The notes: generated from the sequence alone by a model not told the origin. DNA of 64,000 nucleotides from Cyanobacteria bacterium P01_A01_bin.123 (GCA_039815185.1 JBCBZT010000019.1:1-64000), one strand, 5' to 3'; positions 51,298 to 63,625 are shown, numbered from the stretch's first letter. A program made the numbers and translations.

Positions 51298-52599
51298 TTG
51301 GTTAGCACAACATCTTTAAAGACCACTAAATCAGAAGAAATTTTTGCCGCCGCCCAAAACCTGATGCCGGGTGGTGTCAACTCCCCCGTCCGGGCGTTTA
51401 AATCTGTCGGCGGACAACCCATCGTATTTGATCGCGTCAAAGGTTCACACATTTGGGATGTGGACGGCAACGAATATATCGACTATGTCGGCACTTGGGG
51501 GCCCGCCATCTGCGGCCATGCCCACCCCGAAGTGCTTCAAGCCCTCTCGGATTGTCTTGAAAAAGGGACCAGCTTTGGTGCCCCTTGCTATCTCGAAAAT
51601 GTGCTGGCCGAAATGGTGATCAACGCCGTGCCCAGCATTGAGATGGTGCGCTTCGTCAACTCTGGTACTGAAGCCTGCATGTCTGTCTTGCGACTGATGC
51701 GAGCCTTTACCGGACGCGACAAAATCCTGAAATTTGAAGGCTGCTACCACGGTCATGCCGATATGTTCTTGGTTAAGGCGGGTTCTGGTGTGGCAACCCT
51801 CGGCTTACCCGACTCGCCGGGTGTCCCTAAATCCACGACGGCCAACACCCTCACAGCGCCTTACAACGATTTAGAAGCCGTCAAAAAGCTATTTGCCGAG
51901 AATCCCGGTGAAATCTCTGGGGTGATTCTCGAACCTGTGGTCGGCAACTCTGGCTTTCTTGTGCCTGATGCTGGATTCTTGGCAGGATTGCGGGAGATCA
52001 CGCAAGCAGACGGTGCCCTACTGGTTTTTGACGAAGTGATGACCGGGTTCCGCATTGCCTACGGCGGTGCTCAAGAGAAATTCGGCGTCACCCCAGACCT
52101 CACCACCCTGGGCAAGATCATTGGTGGTGGATTGCCTGTGGGTGCTTACGGCGGACGCCGCGACATCATGGAGATGGTGGCTCCTGCTGGCCCGATGTAC
52201 CAAGCTGGGACATTATCGGGTAACCCTCTGGCCATGACAGCTGGCATCAAGACTTTGGAAATTCTCCAGCGTCCGGGAGCCTATGATCAGCTTGAAGCCA
52301 CGACTCAAAAGTTGATTAATGGGCTGTTGCAAGCGGCTCGGGATGCTGGCCACGAAGTCTATGGCGGTAACATCAGCGCTATGTTTGGCTTGTTTTTCAC
52401 CGCAGGGCCAGTCCACAATTACGATGACGCTAAAAAGTCTGATCTGCCAAAGTTTGGCCGTTTTCATCGCGGCATGTTGGAGCAGGGGATTTATCTAGCT
52501 CCCTCACAGTTTGAGGCGGGCTTTACCTCATTGGCTCACACCGATGAGGATATCGAGAAGACAATCGCAGCCGCTCGGGCTGTGTTAGCGGATCTGTAA
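51298..52599 (+). CDS. hemL: Glutamate-1-semialdehyde 2,1-aminomutase
   Basis: [50 protein letters not shown]. Confidence 0.98.
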   Translation: MVSTTSLKTTKSEEIFAAAQNLMPGGVNSPVRAFKSVGGQPIVFDRVKGSHIWDVDGNEYIDYVGTWGPAICGHAHPEVLQALSDCLEKGTSFGAPCYLENVLAEMVINAVPSIEMVRFVNSGTEACMSVLRLMRAFTGRDKILKFEGCYHGHADMFLVKAGSGVATLGLPDSPGVPKSTTANTLTAPYNDLEAVKKLFAENPGEISGVILEPVVGNSGFLVPDAGFLAGLREITQADGALLVFDEVMTGFRIAYGGAQEKFGVTPDLTTLGKIIGGGLPVGAYGGRRDIMEMVAPAGPMYQAGTLSGNPLAMTAGIKTLEILQRPGAYDQLEATTQKLINGLLQAARDAGHEVYGGNISAMFGLFFTAGPVHNYDDAKKSDLPKFGRFHRGMLEQGIYLAPSQFEAGFTSLAHTDEDIEKTIAAARAVLADL

Positions 52600-52695
52600 G
52601 CGATCGCGTTAGCAACTGTTTCTCAACAATCCCCTGTGCATTTGCGAAAAGGTTCCTTTCAGGACTTGGATACTGTACGGGGGATTTTTTCATCC

Positions 52696-52917
52696 TCAAA
52701 AAAAACTACTCAAACTAACCAGGGGCAAAATGGTTCGGATGTTATGGTTCAGCGTTTTGAGTTGGGACAAGGGGCGATCGCTGCTGGGCAATGTCAATTC
52801 TGAAATTTTGAGGCCATACCCCAACTCCGCCAGAATGTCTTCGAGTTCGTAGGGCAACTCGCAATAAGACCGGAAGGTGTAAGACTGCCCCTCTTGGAGA
52901 ATTTGTGGCCTAGACAT
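52696..52917 (-). pseudogene. Truncated N-terminal fragment of a common cyanobacterial hypothetical (nuclease-like) family
   Basis: MSRPQILQEGQSYTFRSY.ELPYE..DILAELGY..LPLVSLSS stops abruptly at an A/T run. Confidence 0.6.
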
Positions 52918-52921
52918 TTTG

Positions 52922-53026
52922 GAAGTTTGACAAGTGGTTGTTGGGCTATGGCTATTATGACAAGGGGTTGCTGAGAAGTTTGACAAATGGTTGTTGGGCT
53001 ATGGCCATTATGGCAGGGGGTTGCTG
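52922..53026. repeat. 53-bp imperfect direct repeat x2
   Basis: GAAGTTTGACAA(G/A)TGGTTGTTGGGCTATGGC(T/C)ATTATG(A/G)CA(A/G)GGGGTTGCTG at 52922 and 52975. Confidence 0.9.
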
Positions 53027-53138
53027 GGTTTAACGCGCTCTTTAGTTTGAAGCATAGCGACGATCGCGTCACCAGTATCGAACTATCAAACAGGCTAGAT
53101 ATACTAAAAGTACTCTACAGACAGCATTAACGTTAGCC

Positions 53139-53786
53139 ATGGTTAGAGCTGCACCCAGCCCTCAAAATATTCCCACTGATGCCTGGGTGCAAGCCACTTG
53201 GGGCGAATATGTTGGGTTGGTTGACAGCCTCATTTTTGAATCAGGACGGTGCTACTACGAAGCAGGGGAGATGCGAGTAGAGATGTCTCCATTAGGGCCA
53301 AGTCATGCTAGAGACAATGCAATTTTGTCGAAGGTTGTCAGTCTGTTTGCCACGCTTAAGCTGATTCGCATTGCGGAATATGTAAACTGTACGTTTCGCA
53401 AGCCGGGGATTCGCGATGCTCAACCAGACATTGCCTTTTATTTAGGGCAGGATGTTCAATTCCCACCGCGCAATAATGAACCCGTCGATGTCACCCTTTA
53501 TAGGGTTCCGCAGCTTGTCGTTGAAGTTGCATCGAGTAGTTTGAGCGATGATTTGGGGAATAAGCGTTTATTGTATGAGCGGTTACGGGTAGGTGAGTAT
53601 TGGGTGGTGAATGTGGCAGCGGCGAGTGTGATTGCGTTTGAGATCGCAAACGGGGGGAGTCATCAGGTTAATGAATCAACCGTTTTGCCCGGGCTGAAAA
53701 TTTCATTGGTTGAAGAAGCGTTGCGGCGGGGTGAGACGGAAGATGATGGAGCAATTAATCGATGGTTATTGAAACAGTTTGGCTAG
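53139..53786 (+). CDS. Uma2 family endonuclease
   Basis: EMSPLGPSHA, AQPDIAFY, PQLVVEVASSSL.DDLG.KRLLYE, EYWVVNV. Confidence 0.93.
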   Translation: MVRAAPSPQNIPTDAWVQATWGEYVGLVDSLIFESGRCYYEAGEMRVEMSPLGPSHARDNAILSKVVSLFATLKLIRIAEYVNCTFRKPGIRDAQPDIAFYLGQDVQFPPRNNEPVDVTLYRVPQLVVEVASSSLSDDLGNKRLLYERLRVGEYWVVNVAAASVIAFEIANGGSHQVNESTVLPGLKISLVEEALRRGETEDDGAINRWLLKQFG

Positions 53787-53855
53787 AAATTCTTAGGGCG
53801 ATCGCTCCATACTAAAGGCAGCGATGCGCTTTCACCCCCGATAAGCATCTCATAC

Positions 53856-53919
53856 AGAAACCGGGTTTCTCTTGTTAGCCCCAATGCCCGGGGCTAGCAG
53901 ACAAAGAAACCCGGTTTCT
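53856..53919. repeat. AGAAACCGGGTTTCT / AGAAACCCGGTTTCT paired REP-like palindromes
   Basis: Two inverted 15-mers flanking an internal hairpin, between convergent genes; a common cyanobacterial intergenic repeat. Confidence 0.75.
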
Positions 53920-53947
53920 AGACTCGGCTTAAACGCTCAAACCACAC

Positions 53948-55033
<1,086 letters not shown>

Positions 55034-55385
55034 TCACGCATCTGAACGATGCAGTTGTATAGCTTTAGCTCCGTCACTTGGGCCATCGAATCAGGCTAAG
55101 CCGCTTTACTCAAGCGGTATTAAAACGGTTGCTATGAACTCAACTCGATCAAATGCGCTGACTCTAATATTTAGCGGGAAACCCTTGTGGATCATGGGGA
55201 TCTCCCGTTTTCTTTCAGACTTTGTGTTGAGAACTATTTACAAAACAGGAGCGGCATTGTGCCAACCGCTACCAAAAGTGGCACAACTTTTCTATCGGAT
55301 ACCGCCTGCAGTTGATTACTATACAGTCATCGGTGAGGGAACTCTAAGCCGACATTACGATCGAATTCTAAGTGGAAACGCAACG

Positions 55386-55811
55386 ATGAAACGCTTCAAA
55401 TCTTGGTTACTCATACCCACAACAGCAGCTGCGCTGTTGGTTTCTGCTGGTCAAGCCCTCAGCCAACCCACCGTTAGCACCCCTCTTTCTAGCCCCGTCA
55501 CGGTTGAAGGCCTCTCTGGTGGCAGTAACGCCACTAGCTGTGGCTATGTTTCAGGCACCGCCAATCAGGTCATTCAAGTCAATCAAGACTTTGCCTCCCT
55601 GGACATTGAAGTGACCGCAGTAGATGGTAACGGGAATCCCGTTAGCAGCTTGACACTGATGATTGATGGGCCTGGCTTTAGCGAATGCCTGCAAACCGAC
55701 TCAGGTTCTATTCAAGCCCCTGGTTTACTTGATCGAGGCGCTTACAACATCTACGTGGGCGATAGCAGTGGCAGTCAATATAACTACACGTTGACCATCA
55801 GCCAAAATTAA
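55386..55811 (+). CDS. Hypothetical secreted protein (PPC-like beta domain)
   Basis: Signal MKRFKSWLL..ALS, CGYV, LTLMIDGP..C, GAYNIYVG; the longer ORF-track start overlaps gap1. Confidence 0.75.
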   Translation: MKRFKSWLLIPTTAAALLVSAGQALSQPTVSTPLSSPVTVEGLSGGSNATSCGYVSGTANQVIQVNQDFASLDIEVTAVDGNGNPVSSLTLMIDGPGFSECLQTDSGSIQAPGLLDRGAYNIYVGDSSGSQYNYTLTISQN

Positions 55812-55865
55812 TTCATTGAGTGGAGACACGAGGTGAATAAAACGTGGATAAGACACAGAGAGCCA

Positions 55866-56525
55866 CTATTGCTGTAGGGTGCGCTGTTGTTCCAGGTAGT
55901 CGAAGACACTCTTATCACCAATGTCTGGCGGAATCGGCTGCACTAATTTGCGGCCGGCAAAAATCAGAAAGAGGATAGTCCAGGCAGCCAGTAACCCCTG
56001 CTCTAAGTTCAGGGGTAAAACGCTACCTAGATGCCCCAAAAGCAGCAGCGGCACGATCGGTGTCAACAGTTTGGTTTCAAACCGATTGAAGCAAAAGGCT
56101 TCTTTGAAGAAGATGCCCGTTAGGGCTGCGAAGGAAAAGCCAATCCCCAAGAGGGTTAGGGGATGTTGGTATACCGCTAAGATCAAGGGTTGGGGGTAGG
56201 CGATCGCGATCGCCACTGAAGCTACCCCACCAATGGCCCAAAAAATCTGTAGAGCTAGGTGTAAGGGGCGCAGATAGATATGAATCATCATCAAGGCCAC
56301 CCCTAAGGCCAGCCAAAAGCCACCGTAGAAGGCTGTTATTCCATGCAGAATAAGATTGCTGGGGTGGAGCTGGCTTAGTGCCAGGGTACTGCCACTGGCA
56401 AAGCATAGGGCCGCGATCGCGAGGGCAATGCGATACAGTTTGACACCCTGACGATCGGCATCAGTGATGGTAAACGTCCCAAACTGACCTTGGTAAACTT
56501 CGCCACCGACAGAATCGGAAATCAT
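55866..56525 (-). CDS. DUF2301 family membrane protein
   Basis: YQGQFG.FTIT..DR, IHIYL, FKEAFCFNR.E, DIGDKSVF. Confidence 0.9.
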   Translation of the reverse strand: MISDSVGGEVYQGQFGTFTITDADRQGVKLYRIALAIAALCFASGSTLALSQLHPSNLILHGITAFYGGFWLALGVALMMIHIYLRPLHLALQIFWAIGGVASVAIAIAYPQPLILAVYQHPLTLLGIGFSFAALTGIFFKEAFCFNRFETKLLTPIVPLLLLGHLGSVLPLNLEQGLLAAWTILFLIFAGRKLVQPIPPDIGDKSVFDYLEQQRTLQQ

Positions 56526-56540
56526 GATGTTAGCCCCAAA

Positions 56541-58748
56541 CTAATCCGTTAATGCCAGTTTATCGGGTAAATCAAAGCTAAAACAGGTTTGTCCATTGCC
56601 ACTAGACACCTGAATTTCACTTTTGAGGTGAACCAGTAACCGCTGCACCAGCGCTAACCCTAGCCCGGTTCCACCCTGCTTCCAAGGATCCGCGCTCGGC
56701 ACCCGGTAAAACTTATCAAAAATTCGCGGCAATTCTGACTCTGGAATTTCGACCCCTGTATTACAAATCCTAAACCGTACGTGGTCGTGATCTTGGGGCA
56801 AAACTTCGAGGGTGATACGGCCACCAGGAGGGGTGTACTTGCAAGCGTTATTGAGCAATTCTGCAATCACTCGCTCTAAGCTAGCCATGTCTGAAACAAC
56901 TTTGGATGCTGCCGCTGAAACGACCAAATTGAGGTCTTGTTCACGGGTTTTGGCCCGCGCATGGAAGCCATTGACGATGCTAGAGAGCCAGTCTTGCAGG
57001 ATCAACTCTGTCGGGTGAATGGGGTGACTGCCACCGTCGAGTCGCTGTAAGTCGAGTAAATCATTGATTAGGCTAATTTCGCGTTCGCACTCTTCCTGCA
57101 AGATTTTGTAGTAACGCACAGTGCGGTGCTGTTCACTTTTGGGTTTCGCCAGTTCAGTCTCGAGGTCGTATTCTTGTCCCAGGGTGACCCCGAGCAGTTG
57201 TAGAGCCACGCGCATACTGGTGACAGGCGTGCGCAATTCGTGGGAGACGGTGCTGAGAAAATCGTCTTTGAGGTTGTTCAACCTTTCTAACTCTTCGACT
57301 TGAGACTGGGCAGCTTGGTAGAGACGTGCTTGGCGAATGGCGATCGCGCACTGATTAGCCACCTGCTGTACTAGGCGAATATCGAGTTCTTTAAAGCCGT
57401 AATCTTTATCGTTGATCAGCCATAGGTCACCCAATACGCCCCGATCGTCCAAAATTGGGCAAGCTAGCATCGCAACATGGCCCCTCAACGGGTGAGGCAC
57501 CACAGAGCAGAACTGAAAATACTGCCCCTCTAACAGTTGATGGTAGACCTCTGGGAACGCCTCCATTTGGGATACCCGACCTTGGGCAGGGGGCATGGAG
57601 GCCGTGTATTCGTAGTAAATGGTCGAGGTGCCTTGATCTAGGTCATACAGAGCTGTGTTGGAGCCTTTCACCCCCAACCCTAGGGTTAATTCACGCACAG
57701 CAGTTTGCAAAATTTGCTTTTCATCCAGGTTGTCGCGTACCCGGTCGGTAATCCGCTTCAGAGTGGCTTCAAAATCCAGCGCCATTTGCAACTGGGTGGT
57801 GCGTTGCTGTACCTCTGCTTCTAGGGCCGTATTAAGCTGCTGGACTTGCTGGTAAAGTTGACTTTGCTGAATGGCATTGCCGACCTGTACCCCCAGTTCT
57901 CGCAGGGTGTCTATTTCCCAGTTGAGCCATTGGCGGTCAAACCGTTCCTGTTGGGCAAGCAAAACACCCCAGAAGATTTCCCCTTGAAATACGGGAATTA
58001 GCAGGGTGGTTTGGACGGTTGGGGGACGTAGGGCAGACCAATGATCGAGGGGTAGCGGTTGATCACCGTCAATTACGACGGCTTGCCCTTGGCGCAGGGC
58101 AGGCAATTGCTCGGGCAAGGTAGCTAGATGTAACTCGATCTCCGGTGGTAGGGAGAGTTGCGGATCGGTGTCGATTGCTAGAATGCCGACACGCTCAGAA
58201 TCGAAGCTGTAAAATAAAACCCGATCGGCTTTCAGGAACTGCCGTCCCTCCCGCACCATAGCCTGGGTTAAATGCTCAAATTTGGGTAATTGCAGAATAT
58301 GCTGGGCGATCGCCCCCAAGAGTCGCTCCCGTTCGGCCTGCTGCTTTAGTGCCGTTTCGGCCTGCTTATAGGAAGTCACGTCCTGAATGGTACCGACCAC
58401 AATCGGTAGCCCAGCAGCATCATAAATCAACGATCTTTTAGTTGAAACGATATGAGCTTGCCCTTGAGCATCAGAGAGCACTTCTTCTTCGACTACGGTT
58501 TCACCAGTGGTCAGCAAGCGATCGTCACTTTGCCAAAACTGCATTGCCTCCGCCGACGGAAAAATATCAAAGTCGGTTTTGCCGAGCAAATCCTCGCGAT
58601 CGCGCCCCAAAAACTCACAGCAGGCATCATTAACAATAATCCAACGGTGCTGCTCATCTTTAGCAAATACCGGGTCAGACAGCGTATCGAGCACGATTTT
58701 CAAAAATGCTTGGGAGGTTTCTAGCTCAGTAGCATCGATTGCACTCAT
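56541..58748 (-). CDS. Cytoplasmic PAS-GAF-GAF sensor histidine kinase
   Basis: PAS (GKTDFDIFP), two GAFs, FLSTVSHELRTP, NACKYT, GGTGLGL. Confidence 0.93.
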   Translation of the reverse strand: MSAIDATELETSQAFLKIVLDTLSDPVFAKDEQHRWIIVNDACCEFLGRDREDLLGKTDFDIFPSAEAMQFWQSDDRLLTTGETVVEEEVLSDAQGQAHIVSTKRSLIYDAAGLPIVVGTIQDVTSYKQAETALKQQAERERLLGAIAQHILQLPKFEHLTQAMVREGRQFLKADRVLFYSFDSERVGILAIDTDPQLSLPPEIELHLATLPEQLPALRQGQAVVIDGDQPLPLDHWSALRPPTVQTTLLIPVFQGEIFWGVLLAQQERFDRQWLNWEIDTLRELGVQVGNAIQQSQLYQQVQQLNTALEAEVQQRTTQLQMALDFEATLKRITDRVRDNLDEKQILQTAVRELTLGLGVKGSNTALYDLDQGTSTIYYEYTASMPPAQGRVSQMEAFPEVYHQLLEGQYFQFCSVVPHPLRGHVAMLACPILDDRGVLGDLWLINDKDYGFKELDIRLVQQVANQCAIAIRQARLYQAAQSQVEELERLNNLKDDFLSTVSHELRTPVTSMRVALQLLGVTLGQEYDLETELAKPKSEQHRTVRYYKILQEECEREISLINDLLDLQRLDGGSHPIHPTELILQDWLSSIVNGFHARAKTREQDLNLVVSAAASKVVSDMASLERVIAELLNNACKYTPPGGRITLEVLPQDHDHVRFRICNTGVEIPESELPRIFDKFYRVPSADPWKQGGTGLGLALVQRLLVHLKSEIQVSSGNGQTCFSFDLPDKLALTD

Positions 58749-58930
58749 AGGGATGGACTCCAGGCTGATAACAGAGATGCAAAAGGAACCGCATGAGTCG
58801 AAGCAGGCAGCTATACCAACCCCAACTCTTTCACTATGCCCTGGTTTACGCAAAAACACTCACGGTTTGTTGAAAATCCCTAGTTCTAGAATTTTGGAGT
58901 CCCTAAAAACCAGGAGAAAAGCTCAGTGCA

Positions 58931-59809
58931 TTAGGTATCATCCCAAACTTGGAGTTGCACATAAACTAGCAATAACGCAATTAACATGAGTACCGTTGCT
59001 GCCGCTGCCGCATAGCCAAAATCAAATTGGGAAAAGGCTTGCTCATAGATGTAATAAACCAACACATTGGTGGAATTGAGCGGGCCACCCCCTGTAATCA
59101 CGTACACTTGCTCAAAACTGCGGAGGGTAAAAATAGCCGTCGTCACCGTGGCAAATACTAGCGTCGGTTGTAACCCTGGCAACGTAATGTACCAGAACTT
59201 TTGCCAGGGGCCAGCCCCATCCAGTTCGGCAGCTTCATAGCGCGAGACGGGGATCGTTTGTAGCCCGGCTAGAAATACCACCATATTGAAGCCAATTTGC
59301 TTCCAAATGCTCAGCAAAATCAATACAGGCATCGCCCACACCGTGCTCGCCAACCACGGAATTGGGGCCAACCCTATCCCCATCAGCAAACCATTGACCG
59401 GGCCATCTCCCTGGAACAGCCAGCGAAACCCTAATCCAACCGCAACTAAAGATGTAATCGACGGAATAAAGTATGCCGTACGCAATACCCCCCGTAGCCC
59501 CACCACCGTGTTCAGTAAAACCGCCAATCCCAGCGGGATCAATAGGGCTGGAATGACTGTAGTGACTGTGAAATAGAGCGTATTGCCCAATACCTGCCAA
59601 AAGTCAGGATCGACCAGCAGCCGACTGTAATTTTGGAGCCCATGCCAGTGGATCCCGGCTCGGGTAAAGCTGCCTGTTGTAAAGCTGAGGAAAAACAGAT
59701 AGGCAATCGGCCAAGCTACAAAGATGGCCAGCAAAAGCAACGCCGGAGCCAATAATGTCCAAGCCGCGATCGCATCATTATCTAGCCAATCAAACCGCCG
59801 AGATGTCAT
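58931..59809 (-). CDS. Carbohydrate ABC transporter permease
   Basis: EAA motif YEAAELDGAG.WQKF.YITLP, TGGGP. Confidence 0.93.
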   Translation of the reverse strand: MTSRRFDWLDNDAIAAWTLLAPALLLLAIFVAWPIAYLFFLSFTTGSFTRAGIHWHGLQNYSRLLVDPDFWQVLGNTLYFTVTTVIPALLIPLGLAVLLNTVVGLRGVLRTAYFIPSITSLVAVGLGFRWLFQGDGPVNGLLMGIGLAPIPWLASTVWAMPVLILLSIWKQIGFNMVVFLAGLQTIPVSRYEAAELDGAGPWQKFWYITLPGLQPTLVFATVTTAIFTLRSFEQVYVITGGGPLNSTNVLVYYIYEQAFSQFDFGYAAAAATVLMLIALLLVYVQLQVWDDT

Positions 59810-59860
59810 AGTCACTATTCTATAATCAACCCTGATCCATCCCCTTAAGACCATCGCACC

Positions 59861-60508
59861 ATGCCCCATGACTCTCTGCCGCCAGATGCCGCCAGGTTAA
59901 TTTGCCCTGCCACGGATCCGCCAAGGCTAACCGATCCGCCAATTCGGCTGGGTATAATGGCCTCTGGCAATGGCAGCAACATGGAAGCGATCGCCCAGGC
60001 AATTACGCAGGGCAAGCTCAATGCCGAAATTGCTGGGGTAGTTTACAACAAGCCGACTGCCAAAGTAGCTGAGCGTGCTAAAGCGCGCCAAATTCCAGCG
60101 ACCCTCCTCGATCACCGCACCTTCGACAGCCGTGAATCCTTAGACAAAGCTATTATTCAAACCCTGCAAGCACAAAGCGTTGACTGGGTGATCATGGCAG
60201 GGTGGATGCGACGAGTGACTCGGGTCTTAATTGATGCTTTTCCCCAACGTATTTTAAATATTCATCCCAGCCTCTTGCCCAGCTTCCCTGGTATACGGGC
60301 AATTGAACAAGCTCTCAACGCAGGCGTTAAACTTGCGGGTTGTACTGTTCACTATGTAGAGCTCGCCGTCGATAGCGGCCCAATCATTATGCAGGCGGCT
60401 GTTCCTGTTTTGCCAGATGATACGGTTGAATCCTTACAGGCCCGGATTCAGGTGCAAGAGCATTTAATTTATCCGGCAGCGATCGCTTGGGCAGCGAGGC
60501 GGCGATGA
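59861..60508 (+). CDS. purN: Phosphoribosylglycinamide formyltransferase
   Basis: ASGNGSN, AGWMR, NIHPSLLPSFPG, GCTVH, DSGPII.Q. Confidence 0.97.
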   Translation: MPHDSLPPDAARLICPATDPPRLTDPPIRLGIMASGNGSNMEAIAQAITQGKLNAEIAGVVYNKPTAKVAERAKARQIPATLLDHRTFDSRESLDKAIIQTLQAQSVDWVIMAGWMRRVTRVLIDAFPQRILNIHPSLLPSFPGIRAIEQALNAGVKLAGCTVHYVELAVDSGPIIMQAAVPVLPDDTVESLQARIQVQEHLIYPAAIAWAARRR

Positions 60509-60576
60509 TGGATGAAGGGGGCAAGGGTAGCAGAGGTTGAGTGGTTGTCCCGAGTAGGCTTAAACAGACAGACAGC

Positions 60577-61197
60577 TTACTCAGTCTCAGGTACTCCACC
60601 TTCACCAATGTCCTGCTGGTTAAGCCTTTCCAACTGACCTTCTAGTTCCTCTGATCGTGCTTCAGCAGTGGTTTGTTCCGCCTCAATTTGAGCCAAGACA
60701 TCGACCTCTAAAGTTTCGGCCACAGCTTCAGCTTGGGCTGCCGTGGCTTCAAGCTGCCGCTGATTATCCGGATCGGCTTGCTGAGCCGCCAGTTGACGGG
60801 ACTGCTCAGAGACTTCAGCCAGTTGCTGTCTTAATTGCTCAATTTCTTGTCGTGCGGTTTCTAGCGCGTCTACTGTGCTTTTGTTTTGAGCTTGGGCATT
60901 GGTCAAATCACCACGTAATGTATCAATCGTGGCATTCAGGTCTCGACGGGCTTTGAGGGTTTCAATTTGCTGTTCAAGTTCCTCAGCGGTGAGGCTGGGT
61001 AGCGCGACTTCTTGGAAGTAAAACCAAATTAAGGGAATGGCGACAAGACCTGCCGCGATCGCCTGAATGAACTGGGGCCGACGGTACCACGGCGCATTGA
61101 GACGCTCCTCAATTTCTCGCTTTTCAGCGATCGCCTTAGCAATTTCAGCCTTGAGCTTAGTGAGTTCAAGCTGATTTAATTCTTCCTGATGTGTCAT
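60577..61197 (-). CDS. Hypothetical single-TM coiled-coil protein
   Basis: Short N-terminal coil, TM (aa ~42-61), long E/Q/A-rich coiled coil. Confidence 0.75.
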   Translation of the reverse strand: MTHQEELNQLELTKLKAEIAKAIAEKREIEERLNAPWYRRPQFIQAIAAGLVAIPLIWFYFQEVALPSLTAEELEQQIETLKARRDLNATIDTLRGDLTNAQAQNKSTVDALETARQEIEQLRQQLAEVSEQSRQLAAQQADPDNQRQLEATAAQAEAVAETLEVDVLAQIEAEQTTAEARSEELEGQLERLNQQDIGEGGVPETE

Positions 61198-61280
61198 GGA
61201 TGTATCGCGGTAGTCCAGCCTTTTGCCCCATCTTGCCGCTTGACTCGAATGGTGACATTACCCGCAGGGAGAAAGATCTC

Positions 61281-61880
61281 CTAAACTCGTGCCAAAGTCA
61301 CCGCTTCTGGCTGATCTTGGTATTTGCCCCGTCGGGTTTCGTAGCTGACCTCACAAGTCTCGCCTTCAAAGAACAAGAGCTGCACCACCCCTTCATTGGC
61401 ATAAATGCGACAGTCTGCACTAGAAGAGTTAGAAAACTCTAGGGTCAAATGCCCCCGCCAGCCCGCTTCAGCAGGCGTCAAGTTGGCGATAATGCCACAG
61501 CGGGCATAGGTCGATTTACCAATACAAATTACGCTGATGTTGTCTGGCACCTGGATGCGTTCTAGGGCAACGCCTAGACCATAGGAATGGGCAGGCAAGA
61601 TAAAATAGCTGCCACTTTCATCAGTACGGAGACTGGTCGGTTCCAGATTGTCAGGGCTGAAGTTTTTAGGATCAACCACGGTGCCTGGAATATGGCGAAA
61701 AATACGAAACTCTGCCGGAGACAGACGGATGTCGTAACCGTAAGACGACAGACCGTAGCTAATCACCGGACGCGGGCTACCAAACCCTTCAAGCTGAACC
61801 TGGCGCACAAGTTTGGGCTCAAACGGATGAATCAGCCCCGCGTCAGCCATTTCATTAATCCAAGCATCGTTTTTAATCAT
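61281..61880 (-). CDS. dcd: dCTP deaminase
   Basis: ISYGLSSYGYDIRL, GKSTYARCG, TLEFSN, YANEG, GKYQ. Confidence 0.96.
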   Translation of the reverse strand: MIKNDAWINEMADAGLIHPFEPKLVRQVQLEGFGSPRPVISYGLSSYGYDIRLSPAEFRIFRHIPGTVVDPKNFSPDNLEPTSLRTDESGSYFILPAHSYGLGVALERIQVPDNISVICIGKSTYARCGIIANLTPAEAGWRGHLTLEFSNSSSADCRIYANEGVVQLLFFEGETCEVSYETRRGKYQDQPEAVTLARV

Positions 61881-61960
61881 GGCAAGGTCTTAAAAATCAC
61901 TAAAAAGGTCAAATCAATCACTGGCATCAAAACGCCTAAACTGGCCATCCCAACAAACGG

Positions 61961-62521
61961 CTAGGGCAGCAAACTGCGACGCACCTCGGTCACTTGGTCA
62001 GCCATGTTCAAAAGCATTTCAGGCATGGATGGGCCGGTCAGAATCACGTCTACCCGCGAGGGGCGATCGCGCAAAAAAGCCAGCACCTCTGCCTCAGGGA
62101 TCAAGCCGTAGGCGATCGCCAAGCTGAGTTCATCCAATACCACCAGGGCGTGATGCCCCTGCATCACCACCTCTTGGGTATGGTGCCAAAGATCTTGCAG
62201 GGCGGCCTTTTCATCCTCATTTGCGTTGCCGTCCAGCAGACAACGGGGAATACCACAGCGCAGCCAGTTGAGATTTTGTCCGAACTGCATTGGGCTATCA
62301 CTACCTTGATCAATGCCGCCTTTCAGAAACTGCACCACTAGGACAGGGGCTCCTTGACCGGCCGTACGCAACGCCTGCACCATCACATTTGTAAAAAAAG
62401 TGCGATGGGCAGATGTAAACACCTGCAGCGTCCCTTCGATAGCGTACAGAGCAGGACGATCGTGTCGGGGAGACTTTCGCAGAATGGACGTGGGCTGAGA
62501 TGGCCGAAGCTGGGAAACCAT
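61961..62521 (-). CDS. P-loop NTPase, CobO/BtuR-like
   Basis: VVQFLKGG, LVVLDEL, DVILTG, ADQVTE; the canonical GKGKT P-loop is absent. Confidence 0.8.
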   Translation of the reverse strand: MVSQLRPSQPTSILRKSPRHDRPALYAIEGTLQVFTSAHRTFFTNVMVQALRTAGQGAPVLVVQFLKGGIDQGSDSPMQFGQNLNWLRCGIPRCLLDGNANEDEKAALQDLWHHTQEVVMQGHHALVVLDELSLAIAYGLIPEAEVLAFLRDRPSRVDVILTGPSMPEMLLNMADQVTEVRRSLLP

Positions 62522-62702
62522 AGAAGGGGGACTAACTAAACCTGTCGATGGCTAAATATAGCGCAAGTTCCGATTCTCGAACGGGATATTACGCTAGGTG
62601 TAGATAAAATATTTAAGGATTTTTACGGTAGACCATCCCTTGGCCTAAGATCTGTGGATTGCCACCCAAAGCCTACCTCAAGCGCTCAAAAATAAACCTC
62701 GT

Positions 62703-62762
62703 CCACATCCAGATCCGTAGTTTTCCTTAAGCTAAAACTCAAATTTTCAAAACGGATGGGGT
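62703..62762 (-). repeat. Dispersed intergenic element, copy H (minimal)
   Basis: Minus strand ACCCCATCCGTTTTGAAAATTTGAG...AGGAAAACTACGGATCTGGATGTGG. Confidence 0.8.
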
Positions 62763-62908
62763 TGAAGCGTCATCGTTTTGACACTTTATAGGACAATCGT
62801 ATCAATTTATTACCAGATAAATAAAGGCCAATTTTCCAGCCCGCCAACCTCCCGTAGCAAGTCACCAACCCTGCTGTATCCTAATTGGGGTTCATCAAGG
62901 AGAATCCT

Positions 62909-63625
62909 ATGGCTTGGCAACGTCCTGATGGTCGTCAACCCAATCAACTCCGTCCGATTAAGTTTGAACGGCGCTTTACTCGGTTCACGGCTGGCTCTGT
63001 ACTCGCCCAATGCGGTGAGACCCAGGTTTTGTGCACAGTGTCGGTGGAATCGGGGGTACCCCGTTTTTTAGAAAATTCAGGGCAGGGTTGGCTGACAGCA
63101 GAATATCGGATGTTGCCCGGTGCCACCCCCCAGCGCAATAAGCGCGAACTGCTCAAACTCTCAGGCCGCACCCAAGAAATTCAACGATTGATCGGTCGCA
63201 GCTTGCGAGCTGCATTAGACCTAAAAGCGTTGGGAGACTTCACGCTGTTAGTCGATTGCGATGTCCTGCAAGCTGATGGCGGGACCCGCACCACATCAAT
63301 CTCGGGTGCTTATGTAGCACTTCAAGACGCGATCGCGTCTTTGATCACCGATGGCAAACTCACCACTTCGCCCATCGCCCATCAAATCGCCGCCATTTCT
63401 GTAGGTCTGCTTGACGGCGAAGCCCTGCTCGATTTGAACTATCCCGAAGATGTCGCTGTCGATGTGGACTTGAATGTCGTGCTCAACGACCAGCTAGAGA
63501 TGATTGAAGTGCAAGGTACGGCAGAAGCAGGCAGTTTTAGCCGCTCCCAACTCAATCAAATGTTAGAACTGGCCGAATCGGGCATCCAAACGCTAATGGC
63601 ACTGCAAACCGCAGCACTAGAGTAG
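62909..63625 (+). CDS. rph: Ribonuclease PH
   Basis: [45 protein letters not shown]. Confidence 0.97.
   Translation: MAWQRPDGRQPNQLRPIKFERRFTRFTAGSVLAQCGETQVLCTVSVESGVPRFLENSGQGWLTAEYRMLPGATPQRNKRELLKLSGRTQEIQRLIGRSLRAALDLKALGDFTLLVDCDVLQADGGTRTTSISGAYVALQDAIASLITDGKLTTSPIAHQIAAISVGLLDGEALLDLNYPEDVAVDVDLNVVLNDQLEMIEVQGTAEAGSFSRSQLNQMLELAESGIQTLMALQTAALE

Noticed and set aside
52922..53026. 53-bp repeat pair as a mini-CRISPR
   Set aside because: Units are directly adjacent, with no spacer.
56541..58748. Cyanobacteriochrome photoreceptor
   Set aside because: The GAF domains lack a recognisable chromophore-binding CH/DXCF motif.
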